Below, in pieces: positions 8,313-15,226 of a DNA stretch of 37,774 bases. Origin of the DNA: a virus; IMG/VR virus record IMGVR_UViG_3300045690_000033; one strand, 5' to 3'. A model generated the notes under the pieces. It was not told the origin of the DNA. It worked only from the letters and a program-made list of their open reading frames with translations, and did not search any database. Every line of letters begins with the position of its first letter. Positions within the stretch are counted from its first letter, which is position 1. A program made the position numbers and the translations under genes.

Positions 8313-8495
8313 ATGGCACGAACATTTGAAATTGACAAAAAAGATGGGACCAAAGTTTCTGAAGGAGCTAGCCCGTTAGCAATTACTGGACTAACAGCAG
8401 GAACGGTAGTAAAAAAGGGTGACTATATCGCCGTTGCAGTAGAGTCTGGAAAAAAATCTGATCCCGTTGATATTCCAGCTTTCACGGTCAATTAG
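8313..8495 (+). CDS. Small Ig-like/decoration-type protein (60 aa)
   Basis: Strong RBS AAGGAGG. Beta-rich sequence ...SPLAITGLTAGTVVKKGDYIAVAVE...VDIPAFTV resembles the C-terminal two-thirds of a bacterial Ig-like domain. It is in the same frame as the capsid -1 extension. Confidence 0.6.
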   Translation: MARTFEIDKKDGTKVSEGASPLAITGLTAGTVVKKGDYIAVAVESGKKSDPVDIPAFTVN

Positions 8496-8522
8496 TCTTT
8501 GAAATTAAGAGGGGGCTAACTT

Positions 8523-8840
8523 GTGGAAAAAAAGGATATATCTGACGGTCTTATGAGTGAAGTGAAACAAAAGTTGTATATTTCATGGGATGAAGACGAT
8601 GAACAGATTAAAAACATCATTCTAAGGGCGGCGACCTATATTCAAACAAAAGTATCTGAAACACTGAGCTTTGATCAAGGTACTCCTGAGTATGATTTGT
8701 TATTGGAAAGATGCAGGTATGACTGGAATAGTGCATTGGATGAATTCGAAAGGAATTATTCTAGCGAGATCGTCTCATTTATTCAACATTATGCTTTGGT
8801 TGACTGGCGTAGAAGACACGGTGTTTTCAATGGTGAATAA
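8523..8840 (+). CDS. Head-tail connector (gp6-like adaptor)
   Basis: GTG after AGAGGGGG. About 105 aa in the canonical position after the capsid gene. Confidence 0.6.
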   Translation: MEKKDISDGLMSEVKQKLYISWDEDDEQIKNIILRAATYIQTKVSETLSFDQGTPEYDLLLERCRYDWNSALDEFERNYSSEIVSFIQHYALVDWRRRHGVFNGE

Positions 8841-9183
8841 ACGAATTAGAGAAACCTTTAACGATGGAAATTTATTGGTTAAAACGCAAGTGACGAAGAG
8901 AAATGAGATAAAGAAAAAAATTGGGGCTGGCTATGAAAATATAGCTGGTCCTTTACGTTTTAGAAACCTTTCGATTCGTGATAGCGATTTGACCTCAATG
9001 GATGCCATGGATTCGAAATTATCCAGAAAAGTAAAGACGCCCTTTCATCCAGTCGTTAAACAATACAACAAAGATAAGTATTTTATCGTGATTGATCAAA
9101 CGAGGTATAACGCTATTTATGTTGATTACGATAACTACTATCTATATTTCTATTTAGAAAAAGTGGGTGATTTTGTTGAATGA
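8830..9183 (+). CDS. Head closure protein
   Basis: ATG 8830, in frame with track ORF 8671..9183 and overlapping the upstream stop. About 117 aa in the canonical position. Confidence 0.55.
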   Translation: MVNKRIRETFNDGNLLVKTQVTKRNEIKKKIGAGYENIAGPLRFRNLSIRDSDLTSMDAMDSKLSRKVKTPFHPVVKQYNKDKYFIVIDQTRYNAIYVDYDNYYLYFYLEKVGDFVE

Positions 9184-9571
9184 TCCTGAGAAAAAGCGAT
9201 TGAAAAATCAAACAATTGAAAAAATGTCAGTTTTGTCAGAGTATTTCAAGTTGCCGACTTACCAAGATTTTCTAAGTGAAGATGAGAAAAGTGATCTAGG
9301 TGATAGTTACGACTATTTCATTTTCGAAGAAGATGAAATCACGATCGTTGACAAGGATAAGTATACAATGGGTCAAAATGTGTACATCACTTTCTATTCT
9401 GAAAATAGAGACTACCTAACGGGGGATCAATTGGATGTTATCGCCTTAATGCATAACAACCTTTTCCGATTTAATGGAACCGATGTAAATCATCTGAAAT
9501 TAGACAACCAGGATCGCTATATCGATCAGGTTGTTTTTTCTTTTGTTCGAATTCTAAGGAGTGGTTGTTAA
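9167..9571 (+). CDS. Neck/head-tail joining protein (family not recognised)
   Basis: GTG start overlapping the upstream gene. Assigned by position in the neck module. Confidence 0.5.
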   Translation: MILLNDPEKKRLKNQTIEKMSVLSEYFKLPTYQDFLSEDEKSDLGDSYDYFIFEEDEITIVDKDKYTMGQNVYITFYSENRDYLTGDQLDVIALMHNNLFRFNGTDVNHLKLDNQDRYIDQVVFSFVRILRSGC

Positions 9572-9972
9572 TGTCTAACGGCTGGGAATTAACTCTTCAA
9601 GGGCATGATCAATTATTAGCGAAAATGGAAAAATACTCTTCTCAAAGCGAGAAGATAGTCAATCAAGTTTTGAAAGAGAGTGGTTCGAATATCGCTGTTA
9701 AAAAAATTGAACAGCGTATCCCAGTCTCAGAAGATCAACTCAGAAGTGGCCGCAAACATGCTAAATTTAGCAATCCACTGAAAGTTGAGCATATTAATTT
9801 AGGCTTTATTGTACGACCCAAAAAGAAGTTTGACTATGTTAAATACCCAGACTTAGGGATTGGACATTCCACAAACAATCAGCCTGAAGAGTTTATGAAA
9901 CGTGGGTTGCAAATCGCGCTTGATCCTATAACCGAAGAGATCGTAAAAGGGTTCGATAAATTAAATGAATAA
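9571..9972 (+). CDS. HK97 gp10-family tail-completion/neck protein
   Basis: ATG 9571 (TAATG overlap). The N-terminus MSNGWELTLQGHDQLLAKMEKY is in the style of gp10-family proteins. Confidence 0.55.
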   Translation: MSNGWELTLQGHDQLLAKMEKYSSQSEKIVNQVLKESGSNIAVKKIEQRIPVSEDQLRSGRKHAKFSNPLKVEHINLGFIVRPKKKFDYVKYPDLGIGHSTNNQPEEFMKRGLQIALDPITEEIVKGFDKLNE

Positions 9973-9989
9973 AGGAGAGAGAATATAAC

Positions 9990-10571
9990 ATGGTAAATAC
10001 GATTGTGACAACATTTGATAATGTAAGTATTAAAAAAATCGCCTTCATGTTTAAAGGTGCAGAGTCAGCAGACGTGACTGATTGTAATGGTCAGTTGGAA
10101 GGCGAAACAGAAATGCAAACAATTGAAAAAAAATGCGGGGCGGCGGTCGTGAAGACCAAGTCCAAACCTGTAGGAATGACAGTGACCATTACCGCACATG
10201 TACCTGTCGTCGTGTTCCGAAATTTCTATGGCTTAAAACATGATGAACGATTAAAACCGGGCATCTATTCATATGGACCTGATTCAGTAGGTATCGATTT
10301 TGCTTTAGCTGCAGAGGTTGTCGACGATTTCGAAGAAAACTCAAAATTATTAGCTTTCTTATCGGCAACATCGAATACGGGTTTAACCTTTACTATCGAA
10401 AATGGTGCAGATGAAGTTGCGGCGTTAGAACTAGAAACTAAAATTATGACTGATCAGTTTGGAAAGTATTATCATGAAGCGATTGTTGCTGAATTAGATG
10501 AAGACCTAACGGATGCATGGATGAACACGTTGTCGCCTGAAGTGATTAAAAAGGCAGACGCGGGAAAATAA
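9990..10571 (+). CDS. Major tail protein, short form
   Basis: 193 aa immediately before the G/GT chaperone pair. RBS AAGGAGAG. Confidence 0.75.
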   Translation: MVNTIVTTFDNVSIKKIAFMFKGAESADVTDCNGQLEGETEMQTIEKKCGAAVVKTKSKPVGMTVTITAHVPVVVFRNFYGLKHDERLKPGIYSYGPDSVGIDFALAAEVVDDFEENSKLLAFLSATSNTGLTFTIENGADEVAALELETKIMTDQFGKYYHEAIVAELDEDLTDAWMNTLSPEVIKKADAGK

Positions 10572-10633
10572 CAGCCCCTACTATAGGAAATGTTACTCCT
10601 ACAGTTGATGGGGCAACCATAGACTTAACTTAA
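9990..10633 (+). CDS. Predicted long form of major tail protein via -1 frameshift (+21 aa: ITAPTIGNVTPTVDGATIDLT)
   Basis: The -1 frame is open from the slip site to TAA 10631..10633. Confidence 0.55.
10562..10614 (+). promoter_or_regulatory. Putative -1 frameshift signal: G_GGA_AAA heptamer at the stop codon, 5-nt spacer, two-tier hairpin
   Basis: Classical X_XXY_YYZ heptamer GGGAAAA at 10562..10568 with zero-frame codons GGA AAA, followed by TAA. Hairpin outer stem is 10574..10578/10610..10614 (gcccc/ggggc); inner stem is 10581..10587/10598..10604 (6 of 7 bp); loop is 10 nt. Confidence 0.65.
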
Positions 10634-10660
10634 AAGAGAGGGATTCCTCTCTTTTTTTAT
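10634..10660 (+). terminator. Intrinsic terminator after the major tail gene
   Basis: Stem aagagagg/cctctctt (10634..10641 / 10646..10653), loop gatt, then a T run. Confidence 0.75.
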
Positions 10661-10678
10661 TTGAAAGGGGAACTATCG

Positions 10679-11053
10679 ATGATTGAAGAATTATTAGAAG
10701 ATTATTCAAAACTAGAATTAAACAATGGGGAGATTGTAACCCTTGAACCGAAGTTGAATTTAAAAAAATTAATGTTAATCAATCGGGATTTCAATACAAA
10801 TGAATTTGCGAAAATGTCTGTAGGCAATGAGCAAATGGATGTCAGTGTCATGCAAGGAGCAAAAGCAGTTTATGTGGCCTACAGACAAGCGAATATGAAT
10901 GAATACATGAGTTTTGATGAATTTATTGATCATTGGTATTTTGATATGGCTCAAGCAACAATGATCTACAATCTCATGATGTTTAAAAAAGTTCAAAATG
11001 ACTACCAGAAAGCTTTTGAGAAGGCAAATAAAGAAAAAAAGCTTCAAAAATAA
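10679..11053 (+). CDS. Tail assembly chaperone (G-like)
   Basis: ATG 10679 after AAAGGGGA. Position is between the major tail protein and the tape measure. Confidence 0.75.
   Translation: MIEELLEDYSKLELNNGEIVTLEPKLNLKKLMLINRDFNTNEFAKMSVGNEQMDVSVMQGAKAVYVAYRQANMNEYMSFDEFIDHWYFDMAQATMIYNLMMFKKVQNDYQKAFEKANKEKKLQK
11035..11041 (+). promoter_or_regulatory. A_AAA_AAG -1 slippery heptamer for the G-T fusion
   Basis: Zero-frame codons AAA AAG at 11036..11041. The -1 frame is open from there into ORF 11056..11247. Confidence 0.7.
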
Positions 11054-11055
11054 AA

Positions 11056-11247
11056 ATGCCAAAATTTCAAGTGAAAACGTGGGTTGATGTCTATTCGATG
11101 TTGACGGACGTTTTTTCTTTGTCTCACGAACAGGCTATGAGTAATTTGCCGTTAGACGACATCCTTCAAATTGCATACAACAAGCAGGCTTATGACGGAT
11201 GGATGAGTTATGCGGTTAGAAAAGAACAAGAGAAAGGAGGAAAATAA
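11056..11247 (+). CDS. T segment of the tail chaperone (expressed as a G-T fusion by -1 frameshift)
   Basis: Lies in the -1 frame relative to G, with no stop between the heptamer and 11056. Confidence 0.65.
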   Translation: MPKFQVKTWVDVYSMLTDVFSLSHEQAMSNLPLDDILQIAYNKQAYDGWMSYAVRKEQEKGGK

Positions 11248-14200
11248 TGGTCAAAAAACGCAGTGAGGCCGAAGTTGTTTTCAAAGCCACTGATGACGGG
11301 TTGAAAGATACTGTCAAAGGCATTACATCCGAACTGACAAAAAATAGAGCGGAGTTTAAACTCGAACAGGCGCAACTTCAGTTGACCGGATCAGAGTCTG
11401 AAAAGCTAGAGAGCAAACTAGGAAGCTTACAAAAACAATATGATTTACAAGGTCAGAAAGTAGACGCTGTTAGCCAACGCCTTTCAAATGCGAAGAAATT
11501 TTATGGTGAAAATTCAATCGAAGTCCAAAAGTTAGAGCGCGAATTGATCAACCAGCAAACAGCACAACAACGAGTCGCAAATGAAATTGACAAAACTTCT
11601 CAAGCGCTGAGTACAGCTAAAGGGGATACGCAAACGTATGCCGGCACGATGAGAGAACTAGATGGCGAACAACGGAAATTACAAGCTTCGGCTAACCTGG
11701 TTGAATCGGAATATAAAAAATGGCAAGCAACTGCCGGTCAATCGGCGAGCGAATCTGAAAAGCTAGCAAAAGCACAAGAGTATGTAGGTAAACAAAGTGA
11801 TATAGCCGAACAAAAAATTGGCGTCATGCGCCAACAATTAGATGCTACTCAAAAAGAATTTGGAAGCACATCAACAGAAGCCATGCAGATGCAGGCAAAG
11901 TTAAACGATGCAGAACGTGAATTTGAAGAGTTGGGCACGGCTGCAAAAAGCGTTGATACAACCAATCTTGATGATATCGGCAATAAAATCGATATGAATA
12001 ACCTTATGCAAGCGTCAGATGTTATCTCTGATATTGGCGATAAAATGGCTGAGCTAGGTCAAGGTGCAATGGAATCAGCTGATAATATTGGCGGAGCACA
12101 AGCGAAAATACAAGCGAGCTTTGGATTAACAAAAGAAGAAGCAAAAGGTCTGACAGATGTTGCTCGCGGTATTTACTATGATGGTTTTGGCGAATCTTTG
12201 GACCAAGTCACTGATGCGGTAGTCCTTGTAAAAAGAAATCTAGGTGATCTGAATAATCAAGATTTACAGAATATCACACAACAAGCCATAACGCTTGATA
12301 ACACATTAGGTGCTGATATGGATGAGACACTTCGTGGTGTTAGTGGTCTAATGACCAATTTTGGTTTATCAGCTCAGGATGCAATGGATTTGATGGTTGC
12401 TGGGACACAAAATGGATTAGATAAATCGCATGAGCTAGGCGACAACATGGCTGAATATAGCCAGTTGTGGTCACAAATGGGTTTTTCAGCAAAGGATACC
12501 TTTTCAATTTTGGATAACGGTTTGGATTCAGGTGCATACAACCTCGACAAAGTGAATGACTTTGTTAAAGAGTTTGGGGTTTCTTTGTCGGACGGTCGAA
12601 TTGAAGACAACATACAAAGCTTTTCAAAAGGAACGCAAGACTTGTTTGGTGAGTGGAAGCAAGGAAAAGCAACGTCAGCAGATGTCTTTAAATCGGTCAT
12701 TGGTGACTTTAAAGGAATGACGAACGAACAGGAAAAACTTTCTTTAGCGTCAACAATATGGTCCGCACTAGGTGAAGACAACTCAATGAAAGTAATCGAA
12801 TCATTGACAAAAGTTAACCATACCTTTGATGATGTGGGCGGGGCTGCACAAAAGATGAACGATGCATCAACAACGCCAATGCAAGAACTGAATGGTAAAA
12901 TAGCGGAATTAAAAGATTCCTTAGCCCCTATCGGAGGGACAATCATTGAATCATTAACTCCTATTGTTGAGTTTTTATCTAAAATGGCACAAGCGTTTAA
13001 TGGGTTACCCGAACCAGTAAAGAAAATAATTGTCGTTATTAGTGGGTTAGCAGCAGCGTTTGCTGCACTTTCCCCATTTATTGCTTCTCTGATCACCATA
13101 TTCTCTACTTTAGGGGGATTGTTTGCTGGTGGCGGTGCGTTAGCTGCCGTAGGAACGTTCTTTACAGCAACTTTATTGCCAGCGATACCGATTATCCTAG
13201 CAGTGGTAGCTGCTGTGGTAGCAATTATAGCAATTATAAAAAACTGGGGAGCGATCACTGACTGGCTGTCTGAGAAATGGACAACATTCAAAGATTGGCT
13301 AGTGGGCATTTGGACAAGTATCAGCACAACCGCTAGCACAGTTTGGACTGCCATCACTACGGCCATAACCGGCGCCTGGAACAACCTAGTCGCTATCGCT
13401 AGTCCGATTTTTGAAACAATCAAAAATGTGATAACCGTCGTGTTTATGACTATTCAAAGTGTGATCTCCGGTATCTGGACAGTTATTACTGCTCTGCTTC
13501 AAACTGCATGGAACTTTATCGTTGCTATGGCAAGCCCAATATTACAACCATTAGCAGCTTTCTTTAGTGGACTATGGAATGGGATTAAGAATGTAGCCAC
13601 AACGGTATGGAGTACAGTATCTAGTTTCCTATCTTCTGTTTGGAACGCACTATCAAACGTTGCTAAGTCAATATTCAATCCTGTTGCTTCATTCTTTTCC
13701 TCTATATGGAATGGGATTAAAAATGTGACATCCAATGTATGGGATTCCATAAAGAATACTTTATCAACTGTCTGGAATGGGATAAAAGCGGTCGCCTCAA
13801 GTATATTCAATAGTTTGGCATCTTTTCTTTCTGGGTTGTGGAATGGCATTAAAAATACTGCATCTAGCATTTGGAATGGCATCAAATCTACAATAAGTAA
13901 TGTGGCAAATGGTATTAAAGATTCAGTATCAGGGGTTTTTAATGGGTTAAAAAGTACTGTTTCGAATATTTTTAACGGAATCAAAAATGCTATGACTAGT
14001 CCAATAGAAGCTGCTAAGAACACTATTAGCAATATTATTGATCGAATTAAGGGATTCTTCAGCGGGATCAATCTTAGGCTACCAAGAATTGAAATGCCAC
14101 CATTGCCACATTTTAGTTTATCTGGTCATTTTAGTTTGAAACCACCTTCAGTTCCACACTTAAATGTGGATTGGTACAAAAAAGGTAGTGTCTTTAATGG

Positions 14201-14456
14201 ACCGAATGTTATTGGTGTTGGTGAAGCAGGACCGGAAGCAGTTTTACCTCTTAATGATACTGTACTGGGTTCTATTGGTCGTATGATTGCTGAAAGAATG
14301 CCAGAGGGATCAGGAAACGGTCAGATAGTCCACAATGAAATTAAACTGGAAATTAATGGTAATGTTGATAGCGAGGCAACAGCTCGCAGGATGGTTGACG
14401 ACATTGTGGGAAGAATCACTGAAATCTATAACAATAAAAATTCAGCATTTAGCTAG
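11247..14456 (+). CDS. Tape measure protein
   Basis: 1069 aa with a coiled-coil N-terminus, central hydrophobic segments, and periodic WNGIKN-type repeats. Confidence 0.9.
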   Translation: MVKKRSEAEVVFKATDDGLKDTVKGITSELTKNRAEFKLEQAQLQLTGSESEKLESKLGSLQKQYDLQGQKVDAVSQRLSNAKKFYGENSIEVQKLERELINQQTAQQRVANEIDKTSQALSTAKGDTQTYAGTMRELDGEQRKLQASANLVESEYKKWQATAGQSASESEKLAKAQEYVGKQSDIAEQKIGVMRQQLDATQKEFGSTSTEAMQMQAKLNDAEREFEELGTAAKSVDTTNLDDIGNKIDMNNLMQASDVISDIGDKMAELGQGAMESADNIGGAQAKIQASFGLTKEEAKGLTDVARGIYYDGFGESLDQVTDAVVLVKRNLGDLNNQDLQNITQQAITLDNTLGADMDETLRGVSGLMTNFGLSAQDAMDLMVAGTQNGLDKSHELGDNMAEYSQLWSQMGFSAKDTFSILDNGLDSGAYNLDKVNDFVKEFGVSLSDGRIEDNIQSFSKGTQDLFGEWKQGKATSADVFKSVIGDFKGMTNEQEKLSLASTIWSALGEDNSMKVIESLTKVNHTFDDVGGAAQKMNDASTTPMQELNGKIAELKDSLAPIGGTIIESLTPIVEFLSKMAQAFNGLPEPVKKIIVVISGLAAAFAALSPFIASLITIFSTLGGLFAGGGALAAVGTFFTATLLPAIPIILAVVAAVVAIIAIIKNWGAITDWLSEKWTTFKDWLVGIWTSISTTASTVWTAITTAITGAWNNLVAIASPIFETIKNVITVVFMTIQSVISGIWTVITALLQTAWNFIVAMASPILQPLAAFFSGLWNGIKNVATTVWSTVSSFLSSVWNALSNVAKSIFNPVASFFSSIWNGIKNVTSNVWDSIKNTLSTVWNGIKAVASSIFNSLASFLSGLWNGIKNTASSIWNGIKSTISNVANGIKDSVSGVFNGLKSTVSNIFNGIKNAMTSPIEAAKNTISNIIDRIKGFFSGINLRLPRIEMPPLPHFSLSGHFSLKPPSVPHLNVDWYKKGSVFNGPNVIGVGEAGPEAVLPLNDTVLGSIGRMIAERMPEGSGNGQIVHNEIKLEINGNVDSEATARRMVDDIVGRITEIYNNKNSAFS

Positions 14457-14467
14457 GAGGGACAAAC

Positions 14468-15214
14468 GTGTATAACGATATTATTGAAGCTATTATAAAC
14501 AACATATCCTGTCAGTCGTATCGCTTATGTGTTGTTGGTAGACCGCCAGTTCCTTCGCCAAAGATAAAGTATCAAGAAACAAACGTTAAAGGGCGCAATG
14601 GCTCTTATTACGAGAAATACGGGTATGAAGATATTGAGTATCAGTTAACCTTCAATTACTTGGAGGAGCCTGAAACAGGTACGTTCAAGTTACAAATGCG
14701 GAAAATCAGACAATGGTTATATATGGCGAATCGATTGGAATTATCTGATGAGCCAGATGTGTATTATGAAGTGAAGAAAGTCGAAATCGGGGATGCTGAA
14801 AATGACATTGTTGAATTCGGCTTTTTTGAGGTGACGTTTACTCTGGCACCATTTGCAAAAATTATTGAGAATAGCCCGATTGAATATGCAAAAACTGCTA
14901 GTAATTTAGAAGTTGTTTTTGACAATCGGTCAATTGTAAATTCTGAACCTAAAATAATTATTTATGGATCAGGAGATTGTACAGTAGCCATCAATGCCGG
15001 TGAGTCAATAAAATTCACTGGAATTGATGGATCAATAATTATTGATTGTGAAAGGAAACTGACCTATAAGACGGATGCTAATGGGGCGCATATGAACCAA
15101 TCTTCAAAACAATCCTCAAATGCTTATCCCGAATTAAAGCCAGGGGATAATACATTTCTTCTAATCGGAAAGTCGATTACAAAAGTTGAGGTTTGGCGTA
15201 ATGCCTTAGTTTAA
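14468..15214 (+). CDS. Distal tail protein (Dit, siphovirus tail component)
   Basis: 248 aa directly after the tape measure gene. Confidence 0.75.
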   Translation: MYNDIIEAIINNISCQSYRLCVVGRPPVPSPKIKYQETNVKGRNGSYYEKYGYEDIEYQLTFNYLEEPETGTFKLQMRKIRQWLYMANRLELSDEPDVYYEVKKVEIGDAENDIVEFGFFEVTFTLAPFAKIIENSPIEYAKTASNLEVVFDNRSIVNSEPKIIIYGSGDCTVAINAGESIKFTGIDGSIIIDCERKLTYKTDANGAHMNQSSKQSSNAYPELKPGDNTFLLIGKSITKVEVWRNALV

Positions 15215-15226
15215 GGAGGGTATATT

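Noticed and set aside
8671-8829. Upstream extension of ORF 8671..9183 overlapping the connector gene
   Set aside because: It lies entirely inside gene 8523..8840 in another frame. ATG 8830 gives the usual short overlap and a typical head-closure size.
12374-13423. 349-aa minus-strand ORF (and 190-aa ORF 13499..14071) inside the tape measure gene
   Set aside because: Both are antisense to a clearly coding 1069-aa gene. They have no RBS, their low-complexity Ala/Ile/Pro-rich translations mirror the sense-strand repeats, and they would break the uniform plus-strand structural operon.
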